Shown here: positions 50,880 to 64,000 of the stretch, one piece after another
How the letters are laid out: every line of letters starts with the position of its first letter
How positions within the stretch are numbered: position 1 is the stretch's first letter
Origin: Dipteris shenzhenensis
Lineage: Eukaryota
Assembly: GCA_047967505.1 (NCBI GenBank)
Contig: CM106538.1
Length of the DNA stretch: 64,000 nucleotides
Reading direction: 5' to 3' (one strand)
The notes under the pieces: model-generated
Told to the model about the DNA's origin: nothing
The model's database searches: none
Seen by the model: the letters and a program-made list of their open reading frames with translations, nothing else
Made by a program: the position numbers and the translations under genes

Positions 50880-53800
50880 CACTACAAGGCATAGGCCCTT
50901 TTTTGATGAAAATACCGACCTTTTTTACACTAAAAAGTTTTTTTTTGATGGGCACAAAGGTCGGTATTTATGTTGCGAGAAGCATAAAAAAAGAACGGTC
51001 GCTATGTAAGCATCACTGTATAGTGACACTAATAAACGTTGCTATATAGTGACATTGGTAAATGACGCTATATAGCAACATTGGTAAACGTCACTATATA
51101 GCGATGATTAACAGAAGCTAAAAAAAACATTAGTGGGGCTAAATAGGGCCACAACAATCCCTGTTTTGCCCCACTAATATTTTTTATTTAGTAATTACAA
51201 ATGAATGTTTTTTGTTACAAAATTTCCCTTGTGGAAAGGATGATACAAAATCACTCAACTGAACCTAGTGACAAAAGCATATACATGTTGAAGATATACA
51301 ACATTGTTTGTTACAAAATTACCCTTTCGAAAAGGGTGATACAAAATCACTCAAACGAGCCGATATACAAAAACATATACATGGCGAAGTATATGCAAAC
51401 TACTACTAATACTACTACCACTACTATTGCTCATCCGAATCGTCGTCCTTGTCCTTGTCCTCGTCCTCGTCGTGCTGGCCTGATCCTTGGCCCTCGTGAG
51501 CTGCAGCTGATCCCTGGCCCTCGTGAGCTGCGCCTGATCCTTGGCCCTCGTCAAAGTCGTGTAAGCCTAATCCCTCATCATCCTTGCTCAACTTTGTCGA
51601 TGGGACGTTCGAGCTTTGATTCTAAGAGTGAAACCATATTAATTGGAAATTAGATTGGAACTTAAAAAATAAAACAGTTTAAAAAGTGAGATTACAAGTA
51701 GGAGTAGACTTATACCATGCCAGCAGCCACCTCAACCCAATGGATCGTCGCTCCCAACGCCTCCTACTCAATAAACCACGGCTTGTTCCTATGTGAAATG
51801 CGCATCTCGTCTCTATGTCTGTAGGAAGGCGACCCATCATAACTTTTTGTGGGCCCAATTTATGAGAGTTAGATAAAGTGCATGCAATATGTAGTAAAAC
51901 AAAATACAACAATACATTAAATGAGAAGAAGTAGGCTTACCACGGTTGCCTCGAACGCCAACCGTCCGCCTGCACCAAAATGCGAAGTACCTATGGAGTC
52001 CAACCGTCTCCTCGTAGCCCTCCTCTGACCCTCAAACATTTTGGGATGGTGGTCCCTGTAGTACTTCTTGAAAAACTTCCAATCAGCTTTGTCTACTCAT
52101 TTGGGTTTATCCTTTAATCCCTTTGCGATGGAAGTACGCAAGGTTGACCTATGATGCTTCAAGAGGAACCCTTGTGTTATTTCATGTAATCTGAATTGAA
52201 CTCCTAATTTGGAGGGTTAGGATATTGTATTTTCAATTTATCAATGACTACCTACTTCTTTCCCTCATCTTGGTACCGCCAGTCAGTAGCTATGCTGCTC
52301 CTAAAGTGCTGGCTCATCAACCGCCTCATGGTGGCCATCACTGTTGAGCCCTTTTTATCTTTTATTATCTCTCTAGTAGCCATGATTTCATAGGAAAGTT
52401 CCTCAACCGAGTAAGGAGAACTCATGGTAGTGGCAGAGTCAGAGCGAGTGGTGTTTATGCGAGTGCTTATGAAGCAAGGAGTAATAGTGGGAGTAGGAGA
52501 GGGCAAGGGACCTAACTGGTACTGGGTCTCGAGACCAAGTGGAGACTTGTAGAGATGTGAGTGTGCTGACTTCTCTACATCTCCTAAGTTAGCATAACAT
52601 AAGCGACCCCTCCTACTCTTCCTTTCCTTACGATGGGCATGCCCAAGTGATGACCCCTAAGTCGAAGGGGCTAGAGAGGACGGTTGGACAGTAGGTCCAA
52701 TCATGGGTGTAGGAGAGGGAATTGCTGAGGTCCTCTGGGATAGTAGAGAGAAGAATCTTGTCACCTCGGCATCGGTCATCTATGCAACAAACTCGTTGGG
52801 ACTCCTGACAAAGCCATGGGCTACTAACAAAGGAGTTCCCTAAGGGGTAGTTACAGTGCTACGTCCGAGAGGAGTCGGGCTAGGGGTAGTCATAGGGGTA
52901 GGCCCTTGAGGTGTTGCCTGAGTGGAATCAAAGTCCTATGGATAATAGAGATCATGATGTCTCCTCCTACGAGGGTTTTTGTACTCGTCGAACGTACGAC
53001 GTGATCCCATTTCCAATTTGGAGGGATTGGACAAATGTAGACACAAACACAAAAACAAAAAACAGAAAACAAGAGCAAGTAAGAAGCAAAAAGCATATGA
53101 GGGAAAGCATATGCATAAGAGAAGGAGAAGCATAAGAGAAGCATAAGAGAAGCAAAAGAGAAGGACAAGCATAAGAGAAGGTGAGGAGAAAAGAAGAGAA
53201 AGAAAAGGGAAAAAGAGATTGAAAGAGGGAAAAAGAACCAAATATGCATAAGAGAAAAAAGAGAGAAAAGATATGCTTATGCTTATGCATAAGCATATGA
53301 GCATATGCTCATGCATAAGCATAAGCATAAGTATAGGCATAGGCATAGGCATATGCTTATGAAAAGAAGAGAAAAAGAGAGGGAAAAAGAAGAGAAGGAA
53401 AGGAGAAGGAGAAGGAGAAGAAGAAGAAGACATATGCTCATGCATAAGCATAAGCATAAGAGAAGGAAAAGAAGAGAAGAAGAAGGAGACATATGCTCAT
53501 GCATAAGCATAAGCATAAAGAAGAGGGGGAAAGAGATTGAAAGAGGGGAAAAAGAAGAGGAAAAAAAAAGAGAAGGAAAAGGGGAAAAGAGATCGAAAAA
53601 GGGAAAAAAGAAGAGAGGAAAAGAGCATAAGCATAAGAGAAGGAAGACGGGAAAAGAGATCGAAAGAGGGGAAAAAGAAGAGAGGAAAAGAGCATAAGCA
53701 TAAGAGAAGGAAGAGGGGAAAAGAGATCGAAAGAGGGGAAAAGAGATTGAAAGAGAGGAAAAGAGCATAGGCATAAGAGAAGGAAGAGGGGAAAAAGAAG

Positions 53801-55268
53801 AGGAAAAAAGAAGAGAAGGAAGAGGGAAAAAAGAAGAGAGGAAAAGAGCATAAGCATAAGAGAAGGAAGAGGGAAAAAGAGCATAAGCATAAGAGAAAAA
53901 GAAAGAAAGCATATGCTTATGCTTATGCATGAGCATATAAGCATAGTGAAAAAGAGAAAGCATAAGATTGTGCTTATGAGCTTATGAAAAGAGGAGAAAA
54001 AGAGAGGAAAAAAGAGTGGAAAATAAGAGAAGGAAGAGGGGAAAAGCGATTGAAAGAAGGGAAAAAGAAGAGGGGAAAAGAGAATAAGCATAAGAGAAGA
54101 AAAAACATATGCATAAGAGAAAAAGAGAGGGAATAAGAGAAGAGAGGGAAAGAGAGGGTTTCTACGCCCATCACTCCACCTAACGCTTAAGGCGTTAGCT
54201 GCAGGCCAATGCAAATAACAGAAATAACAAAAGGGAAAAAGAGGAAGCACTTTCTTACCTGGTCACAATGCATATGAGGGAAAGCATATGCATAAGAGAA
54301 AAGTCTCGAACCGTGTTTCGTGTCCTGGCGGGCCTACAAAAAAGAGAAAACATACCATTTTTTCAGATAACTAGTTAGAGGAAGGAGGAGCAACTTTTCA
54401 AAGGGATTGGATGAGTTTGGAGACGCCTACAAACAAGGAGAAAGCATCACCCTACAAACAAGGAGAAAGAGGAGGAAGAGAAATACCAAAAAGAGAAGAG
54501 GTGAGTCTTCTTTCTTTCACCAAATCTCTTTTTTTGTCCTTAAGCTTTGAAAATCAAGCATGAAAATTAGCACATAGACTTAGAAATAAAAGGAGAAACA
54601 TGCTTCAACACTCACAAAATGAAATCTCATAAAAAATGAATCTACATTGTTTAAAGAGACCCACCTTCTTAAAAAACTTTCTTTCAAAATTCACACAAGC
54701 AGACAGGGAGAAGGGTGTAAAGGAAGCACAAGTGTTGGGAGAGGGGCTGGGTAGGGGTGAGGAGTGGGGAATAGAGAGGAGCCAGAAAGCGAGGTCGTCA
54801 AATATAAGGTGGGAGGAGAATTTTTTTTTCCTTGCAATAGACATGTGAAAGACGGCATCGTGCGGGGGTTTGGGTTTAAGCCCTCAGCGTCGCTATATAG
54901 CGACGCTGGTCAGTCACTGTATAGCAATGCTGGTCAGTCACTATATAGTGGCGTTTATCCAAAAAGCGTCGCTATACAGCGACGGAACAAGGCAAAGCGT
55001 TGCTATATAGCAACAGTTCAGGGCAAACCATCGCTATATAGCGATGGTTCAGGGCACTTATTGTCACAAGAGAGAAAAGGAGCTCATGGGTGGCTATTTT
55101 TTCGATCTTAATAGATTTCCTTGTAGCTCATGCTGTGATTTTGGAAGTGTGCAGATGGAAGGGACGAGTGGAAACTCGTCAGATGATGCGCCAATGCTCG
55201 AGAGCGTAGAGTGGCTTACGGAGAGGTTGTATTGTCATTGCACTCATTGCAAGCGAGAAGTACGACAT
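50880..55268 (+). mobile_element. Old CACTA element of unit 2, other half (inverted)
   Basis: CACTACAAGGCATAGG at 50880; TnpA-like remnant on minus; 54262-55268 is the reverse complement of ~23190-22198. Confidence 0.9.
51400..53010 (-). pseudogene. Degenerate TnpA-like gene of the old CACTA
   Basis: Starts MGSRRTFDEYKNP; ORF pieces 52252-52506 and 51679-51912 are homologous to 42473-43343. Confidence 0.65.
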
Positions 55269-55706
55269 CACTACTACACACGCATCCTATTGCGACGTTT
55301 ACGTACCGACGATTAGCGCCCGCTTAGCGTTAATCGTCGGTATAAAAATCGGGTGTCGTAAATCGTCGCTATATAGCGACTTTTAATAAGCGTCGCTATA
55401 TAGCGACTTTAGTAAAAGTCGCTATATAGCGACTTTGAAAGGTCGCTATATAGCGACCTTAGTAAAAGTCGCTATATAGCGACTTTTAAAGGTCGCTATA
55501 TAGCGACACTGAGACTATATTATAGCGACGTTTTACAGAGAGGTTTTTTTTTTTTTTTAGCCTTAAAATTTATTTTCTTCCAATGACAAAATTTTTTAAA
55601 TTTTCATACATGTTTGAGCTCATAGAGAAATAAAAAATGAGAGCATGTACATCAAGCCTTTGAAGCTCATATATTCATGTCCAAGTTGGAGATGAGAAAA
55701 ATCAAA

Positions 55707-58700
55707 TTAAATAAGAGCATTTACATCAACTGTTTCATCTTGAGCCAAGTCTAAGGCGCCAAGCAAGTCTATCTCCAACTCTATACCGAGTTGATCTCCT
55801 ATATCATCATCGTACTCTAGCATCGTACGTTCACCTAAAAGTATTTGATCATCTTCTTCAATTAAGCTTAAGTGTGGTGATTGATCTTGACGATTGTTGT
55901 CTTCCTCGTCAATATCGTGATCTCCATCCTCCTCCCGTGCGATGTCATTATGCGCATCTTCCTCTTGCCTCATATGGTGATCTACATCTTCTTCGCTAGA
56001 TTCATCAATTGGATCCGGATTTGGTAGTGGCATCTCCATATCCACATCTCGATCTTCAAAAATCTGCTTACTTCGTGGTGCAACTTGGATCACGTACCAC
56101 CATCTTGGATCAGAACGATCCGGATGAAAAACCACCTATATTGAAGATGAAAAATCACGTGCCAAATGTCGTCAATTATATATATATCAATGGACTTAAA
56201 AAACGAAAGCTTCGACTAATTAAATCATTAGTATGCACCTGCTCACAGTGCTCGGGAAGAACAAAAGTATCACTTTCATCGGTCCAATGTTTGGTGGAGT
56301 CTATTGCAAAGAGACCGCTACCATCTTTTCTCACAGTTGCATGGGGACCGTTGTAAGTAGTTCTAAACCATTTTACATCAAGAATGAAAATAGTAAATCG
56401 TCTGAAATCAATTTCATAGATGTCGCGTATGGTTCCACAATAATCCAACTGTGAGGAGAGAAGATTGGTATCCGAAGCACTTGCTCGGCTATCTTGTGTG
56501 AAGTTAGCCATGACTCCACAATCATACGTGACTCTCTTTGAATCGATGCGTTCTATGCGAAAATGTCGTCCATATGACCATAATGCACTGTACTTTTTGT
56601 ACTGTAAAAGAGCATCATTAAAACAATGAAGATGCACCTATTTTATAGCATATATTGCCACAAATAATTACTTAATTACATCAAGAGATAAGAAACTTAC
56701 ATGCACCATACATCCAGATGATAACTCCCGCTCGCGTTCGTTTATTGTCTCTCCATCACGTTCGGCTTTACGTATAGCTAGTTGTAGCCAATCAAGTGAC
56801 ATGTGAGTAGGGAGAAGAGCCAGATCTCGTGGATATGGTTGTGATCGCCTGTACATTACTCTGAATCTCGTCCTTGCATTTATTCTTTCTGCTTTGGCCA
56901 CTTCATATCTCTCAATCCACTTCTGCATCTCAGGGCTATTGAGGATACAAAACTTATTAAATTTCTCCATTTGCTCTTCGCTCATCTTTCTTTCAATCCC
57001 TTTTCCTTGGGGGACCTCGCCAATGATGCGATCATCATCCTTGTTGTGCCAAGCTTGCGGCATATCAGGATCCGTGGATGCAAGAAACTCTGTGATATAT
57101 ACTAATGACTCGTGCACAAGCCATCCCTCTGCCATGCTTGCTTCTGGTCTTGCTCTTTGTCTTACAAACCCCTTTAAAGTTTTCATAAACCGCTCGAGAA
57201 AAAACATCCATCGATTATGAACGGTACCTGCTATAGCCACCTCATCAACTATGTGCACAAGCAAGTGAACTTGAGTTGTCATAATGCTTGAGGGAAAGTG
57301 CTTCTCAAGCAAGCATACGGCTTCGATGGATTCCACCCTAGCCTTCTCGATGCTCGATATAGAGATCTCTTTTTGAGATATCCACCTATTTCACATGTCC
57401 ATGCATATGTAAGATATTTGAGATATCCACCTATTTCACATGTCCATGAAGAAAATAGATAATGCGAATTGATAGTAAGCATACCTCACAATACCACAGA
57501 TCTTGAATATAGCATTTCTAACATCTTCTTGTAAGCACCCTTTTATTGTAATTGGAAGGATGAACTATCAAAGCAACAATGAAATCATGTCAACAATATA
57601 ACATAATAATAATTACGCTAATGCATCACTATTATCGGTACACTAATTCTACTTAGAATACCTGTAAGACCTTGTGCCAATCATGGGACTTGAGGCCACT
57701 AAGCTTATTGTCCTTTGAAAATGCTCCTTTCAAGCAACGCATGTACCCTGTCGGTGTTTGAAAAGAGGCAATGTCTGCCTTGATCGCTGCCTCCTCCCTC
57801 GTAGAGAGGATCCACGTTGCTTTCGGGAGGACAACTTTTCCTGAAGCATGCACTTGGGGCCACAAACGAGACATCCTATTCATAGCACGCAAGTCTTCTC
57901 GCACTCCTCTCGAGTCCTTGGAACCAACCAAGTGTGCCCAAATGGTAGCCCCCACATTCTTAAAGATATGCATGGGATCCAAGAGATGATTGATTTGTAA
58001 CTGACCCCAATAAGGAAGCTCGTGAAAGATCGATAGCCTCTTCATACCAGGAGGAGGTTCCTCTCCATTCTCCCTCCAAGCTTGAATCCAATCACTTGCT
58101 TTTAAATATGGTGGTGGTGGATCAAGCTGACCTCCACGTGCGAGATGGTCGAGCGGAAGGTATCGAGCATGACCTTCATAAACATTTTTCCTCATGTGTT
58201 TGGAGTAGCGTGCAAGCGATTTCAGAGCGGGTCCACAAACAGGACAAGCATGGTACCCACTTGTAGCAAGCCCTGCACGCGTGCATGAATATGTTAGTAC
58301 AAGACATGCGTACAAAAGAGAGTAAAAAAAGCATAATCCCTCATTGTACATGTAAAGACATAACCACGTACCTGCGCACTCTCCATATCCTGGGTAGTCA
58401 TGCATGGTCCACATCAAGATACCCCTGACCAAAATATCATTGGTATGCCTAGGAGCTCTGGAAATATCAAAGACCTGCACTCCTCTCCATAATATCTGTA
58501 ACTCCTCTATCAAAGGTGCCATGTACACGTCCATGTTTTTTGCCTTGTACTTTCCTGGCACAAGTAGTGCAAGCATGAGGTGTCCCTTTTTTATTGTTAG
58601 CCATGGTGGGATATTGTAATTCACCACGACTATGGGCCATGTCGACCAAGATGCATGTCGAGCGTAACCCGAAAGGATTCACGCCGTCCATGGCTAGCCC

Positions 58701-59762
58701 AAGATGTAAGTTGTGTGGCTCTCTCGCAAAGTCCGGCCACTGATTATCTATGTGCTTCCAAGCTGCACAATCTGCGGGAATCCTCAATGTGTGATCAGTA
58801 GACCGATGAGATGCATGCCATGTCATCAACTCCGCTATGGATTTGCATCGAAACATGTGTTGTATTCTTGCAATGATGGGAAAGTGTCTTAAGAACTTTA
58901 CCGGTATCCGCTCACCCTGCAAGTCATCTCTATATCGTTGTTCCCCACACTTTGGACAACTAGCCAAATCTCCATGCTCACGACGAAAGAGAATACAATC
59001 ATTACGGCAAGCATGGATGGTATCATAATCCATACCCACCATTGTTAGCATCTTCTTCGCTTCATCTCTTGATGCGGGCATGGTATTTGGTGCAGGCAAC
59101 ATCTTCTGGAGCAACCTATGACAAAGACACTATCCAAATGATGATTCTCAAAACAAACAATATCCAAATAATGAGTCAAATTAATGCAAGGGCTAACCTC
59201 ATTAAGGTCGAGACACTTGTATCCAACCACCCATACTGTACTTGTAGATTCAAGATTGAGAGACAAGCACATAGTTTAGACATCCTAGCACCCTCGTACA
59301 ATTGTGTTGATTGCAACTCTCAAATTTTGACCTCAGACTCTGACATCACGTGTACGTGGGATGTAATGCCCCTAAAAATGGAATCCATCATGTCGACCAT
59401 ACCCTCGTCGTCATCCGGGAGACTATAGTAAGTGAGAAGGTATATGTGTACCCTCGTCACCCTCCTGATCCTGTCATAAGCTCATTCGTGTAAATATAAG
59501 ATCTTCTATTTCCTGGTATACAATAATATTGCGAACTTAAATAGCTTTGACTTACCGATAATCCATCAACATGTGCAACACCAACGGGGGGTACTGGTTC
59601 CGGCTCCTCCCCATACATCTAGAAGTGGCGCATGATAATACGACGTTGATGTCATACTTCTCGCTTGCAATGAGTGCAATGACAGTATAACCTCTCCATA
59701 AGCCACTTCGTGCTCCCGGGCAATGGTGCATCATCGGATGAGCTTCCACTCGTCCCTTCCAT
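55707..59762 (-). pseudogene. Near full-length multi-exon TnpD/TNP2-like transposase (element B)
   Basis: ATG at 59762 (MEGTSG..LYCHCTHCK); ORFs 58467-59114, 57653-58627, 56668-57336, 56176-56637, 55707-56135; stops in exon 1 and a +4 frameshift at ~58654. Confidence 0.93.
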
Positions 59763-59859
59763 CTACACTTATAAAATCACAACATAAGCATGAATAGGAG
59801 ATATTGACAATTATAAGCATAGCATGTTTGAGCTGCTCTTGAGGCCATATAAAAAGAAT

Positions 59860-60095
59860 GACGTCGCTATATAGTAAGGATTGAAACAAAAAATCCTATA
59901 TAGTAAGGCTATATAGTAAGAGGAGATATTGACAATTATAAGCATAGCATGTTTGAGCTTCACTTGAGGCCATATAAAAAAAATGAACAGTAAGCATCGC
60001 TATATAGCGACGCTCTGTTCCGTCGCTATATAGTGATGTTTTTAATTAAAAACATCGCTATATAGCGACGAATAAGCGTCGCTATATAGCAACGC
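59860..60095. promoter_or_regulatory. Internal cluster of GTCGCTATATAGCGAC-like sites just upstream of the TnpD start
   Basis: Several copies far from either terminus; homologous clusters at 14150-14305, 22420-22550 and 54889-55045. Function inferred. Confidence 0.55.
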
Positions 60096-60799
60096 TGTGG
60101 GTTAAAACCCAAAACGCCGAAACGTGCGGCGTTTTGCTCAATCCATTCCCTAATCTCTCAAGTAAGCAACCCAAAATCTCCTCCCACCTATTTTCGATGA
60201 CCTCCCATCTATTCCAAGCAACCTCCTACTCTATTTTCCACTCCTCACCCTTCTCCTACCTCTTGTACTCCCTCTCTATCCTTTTCCCTCTTTGGTTTCC
60301 TGAAAGAAAGTTCTTCAAGAGGTGAGTTTGTTTCAACAATGTAGGTTGGTTGTTTGTTAGCTTTAGTTTTGTGAGTGTTTCTTCTTGTATTGCTAAACCT
60401 GTAAACTAGTTTCCATGCTAGATTTGAAAGGATTGAAACAAAAAACGAGATTTCAAGAAAGAAAGAAAGAAAACTCACCTCTTTTTTCTGTATTTCTCTT
60501 CCTTCTCTTTCTCCTTGTCTCCTCAATCTCCTCCTTTCCTTGTCTCCTCATTCTCCTCCCTTCAAGAAGTTGCTTTTGTAATCTCCTCTTTCCGCTAACA
60601 TCTTATTTGAAAAAATGGGCTGTTTTCTCTCTTTTGTAGGGCCAGTCCACTACACCGAGCGGACATACTCTCTCTTTTGTAGGGCCAGTCCACTACACCG
60701 AGCGGGACATACTTTTACAGGTAAGTGCTTCCTCTTCTTTCCATTTATTATTTTTGTTATTTGCATTGGCCTGCAGCTAGCGCCTTAAGCGCTAGCTGT

Positions 60800-63700
60800 A
60801 GTGATGGGCGTAGGAACCTTCTCTTCCCCTCTCTCTCTTTCCTTCTTCCCCCTTCTCTTTTTCTCCTTTTTCCCCCTTCTCTTTTTTCCCTCTTCTCTTA
60901 TTCTCTCTTTCCCCCTTCTCTCTTTCCCCCTCATCTCTTTTCCCTTCTCTCTTTCCTTTCCCTCTTATTCTCTATTTCCTTTCCCTCTTATTCTGTTATG
61001 CTTATGCTTCTCTCATTCCCCCTTCTCTATTATTCTCTCTTTCCCCATTCTCTCTTTCCCCCTCATCTCTTTTCCCTTCTCTCTTTCCTTTCCCTCTTAT
61101 TCTCTTATGCTTATGCTTCTCTCATTCCCCCTTCTCTATTTCCCCCTTCTCTCATTCGCATAAGCTCTTTTTCCGCATGAGCATGAGCTTATGCTTAAGT
61201 TTCTGCATAAGCTCCTCCTCTTTTTCCGCATAAGCTCCTCCTCTTTTTATGCATAAGCTCCTCCTCTTTTTTCGCATAAGCTCCTCCTTTTCTTTTTATG
61301 CATAAGCTCCTTCTCTTTTTCCGTATGAGCATAAGCATGAGCTTATGCTTATGCTTATGCTTATGCATAAGCATAAGCATGAGCTCATGCTTATGCTCAT
61401 GCATGAGCATGAGCTTATGCTTAAATTTCTGCATAAGCTTATGCTTATGCATGAGCTTATGTGGAAATAGAGAATGAGAGAAGCTTATGCTTCTCTCATT
61501 CTCTATTTCCGCATAAGCTCCTTCTCTTTTCCGCATAAGCTCCTCCTTCTCTTTTTATGCATAAGCTCCTTCTCTTTTTTCGCATGAGCATAAGCATGAG
61601 CTCATGCTTATGCTCATGCATGAGCATGAGCTTATGCTTAAGTTTCCGCATAAGCTTATGCTTATGCGTGAGCTTATGCAGAAATAGAGAATGAGAGAAG
61701 CTTATGCTTCTCTTATTCTCTATTTTCGCATAAGCTCCTTCTCTTTTTCCGCATAAGCTCCTCCTTCTCTTTTTATGCATAAGCTCCTTCTCTTTTTCCG
61801 CATGAGCATAAGCATGAGCTTATGCTCATGCATGAGCATGAGCTAATGCTTAAGTTTACGCATAAGCTTATGCTTATGCGTGAGCTTATGCAAAAATAGA
61901 GAATGAGAGAAGCTTATGCTTCTCTCATTCTCTATTTCCGCATAAGCTTCTTCTCTTTTTCCACATAAGCTCCTCTTTCTCTTTTTATGCATAAGCTCCT
62001 TCTCTTTTTTCGCATGAGCATAAGCATGAGCTTATGCTTATGCTTATGCTTGCTTAAGCATAAGCATAAGCATAAGCTCATGCTTATGCTCATGCATGAG
62101 CATGAGCTTATGCTTAAGTTTCCGCATAAGCTTATGCTTATGCATGAGCTTATGCGGAAATAGAGAATGAGAGAAGCTTATGCTTCTTTCATTCTCTATT
62201 TTCGCATAAGCTCGTTCTCTTTTTCCGCATAAGCTCCTCTTGCTCTTTTTATGCATAAGCATAAGCATAAGCATAAGCTCATGCTTATGCTCATGCGGAA
62301 AAAGAGAAGGAGCTTATGCATAAAAAGAGAAAGAGGAGCTTATGCGGAAAAAGAGAACGAGCTTATGCGGAAATAAGCATAAGCATAAGCATAAGCTCAT
62401 GCATGAGCATGAGCTTATGCTTAAGTTTACGCATAAGCTTATGCTTATGCATGAGCTTATGCAGAAATAGAGAATGAGAGAAGCTTATGCTTCTCTCATT
62501 CTCTATTTCCGCATAAGCTCATAAGCTTCTCTCATTCTCTATTTCCGCATAAGCTCCTTCTCTTTTTCCGCATGAGCATGAGCTTATGCTTAAATTTCCG
62601 CATAAGCTTATGCTTATGTGTGAGCTTATGTAGAAATAGAGAATGAGAGAAGCTTATGCTTCTCTCATTCTCTATTTCCGCATAAGCTCCTTCTCTTTTT
62701 CCGCATAAGCTCCTCCTTCTCTTTTTATGCATAAGCTCCTTCTCTTTTTCCGCATGAGCATGAGCTTATGCTTAAGTTTACGCATAAGCTTATGCTTATG
62801 CGTGAGCTTATGCGGAAATAGAGAATGAGAGGAGCTTATGCTTCTCTCATTCTCTATTTCCGCATAAGCTCCTTCTCTTTTTATGCATTAGCTCCTTCTC
62901 TTTTTCTGCATAAGCATGAGCTTATGCTTAAGTTTACGCATAAGCTTATGCTTATGCATGAGCTTATGCGGAAATAGAGAATGAGAGAAGCTTATTCTTC
63001 TCTCATTCTCTATTTCCGCATAAGCTCCTTCTCTTTTTATGCATAAGCTCCTTCTCTTTTTCTGCATGAGCATGAGCTTATGCTGAAGTTTCCGCATAAG
63101 CTATGCTTATGCATGAGCTTATGCGGAAATAGAGAATGAGAGAAGCTTATGCTTCTCTCATTCTCTATTTCCGCATTCTCTCATTCTCTATTTCCGCATA
63201 AGCTCCTTCTCTTTTCCCGCATGAGCTTATGCTTATGCTCATACATAAGCATGAGCTTATGCTTATGCTCATACATAAGCATCCGCATAAGCTCATGCTT
63301 ATGCTCATACATGAGCATGAGCTTATGCGGAAATAGAGAATGAGAGAAGCTTATGCGGAAACTCATTCTCTATTTCTGCATAAGCTCCTTCTCTTTTTCC
63401 GCATGAGCTTATGATTATGCTCATGAGTGAGCATGAGCTTATGCTCATGTTTCCGCATAAGCTCATGCTTATGCGTGAGCTTATGCGGAAATAGAGAATG
63501 AGAGAAGCATAAGCTCATTCTCTATTTCCGTATAAGCTCCTTCTCTATTTCCGATGCCTATGCTTTCCGCATAAGCATAAGCATAAGCTCATGCTTAAGC
63601 TCATGCATGAGCATGAGCTTATGCTCAATTTTCCGCATAAGCTCATGCTTATGCATGAGCTTATGCGGAAATAGAGAATGAGAGAAGCTTATGCGAAAAC

Positions 63701-64000
63701 TCCTTCTCTATTTCCGCATAAGCTCCTTCTCTATTTCCGATGCCTATGCTTAAGCATAAGCATAAGCATAAGCTCATGCTTATGCTCATGCATGAGCATG
63801 AGCTTATGCTTAAGTTTTTGCATAAGCTCATGCTTATGCGTGAGCTTATGCAGAAATAGAGAATGAGAGAAGCATAAGCTCATTCTCTATTTCCGCATAA
63901 GCTCATTCTCTATTTCCCACTCTATTTCCCTCTTCTCCCAGTTCCCCCTTCTCTCCTTCTCTATTTTCCCTCATCTCTTTCCCCTTCTCTATTTCCCCCT
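60800..64000. repeat. CT-rich + GCTTAT/ATAAGC satellite with repeated long hairpins, inside CACTA B
   Basis: Follows AG|GTAAG at ~60721; hexamer-based repeats; recurring AGAGAATGAGAGAAGC-TTAT-GCTTCTCTCATTCTCT. Confidence 0.95.

Larger units (their letters stand above)
55269..64000 (-). mobile_element. Young CACTA element B, inverted relative to A, runs off the window
   Basis: Terminus CACTACTACACACGC at 55269; 55269-59391 is the near-identical reverse complement of 47637-43302. Confidence 0.95.

Noticed and set aside
55707-59762. Intact autonomous transposase
   Set aside because: Stops in exon 1 and a +4 frameshift in the catalytic domain.

Overview
Eukaryotic, transposon-saturated land-plant DNA (a seed-free plant such as a fern is my inference from TE content, not proven). 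No intact host gene, RNA gene or CRISPR array is visible. The window holds a ~26-kb tandem segmental duplication (unit 1 from before 161 to 25678; unit 2 from 25679). Each unit has an intron-containing Sola2-like DNA-transposase pseudogene split by a 2.9-kb non-coding LTR retroelement with TG...TA ends, a ~188-bp tandem array, a possible Ulp1-protease remnant, and an old Copia relic interrupted by an old CACTA (En/Spm) element. Unit 2 also received a younger CACTA copy (41596). A second, inverted young copy starts at 55269, and the ~7.6 kb between the two has been inverted, as shown by swapped target-site duplications and split host sequences. This CACTA family looks unusual: the TnpD-like and TnpA-like genes are head-to-head, a 16-bp palindrome is arrayed at both ends and at the internal promoter, and a GCTTAT/hairpin satellite fills a probable intron. 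Smaller items: GGGGG-TIR MITEs with 8-bp TSDs, a 5'-truncated L1, a 391-bp insertion and a kinase fragment. All family assignments come from motif recognition by eye; no searches were run.
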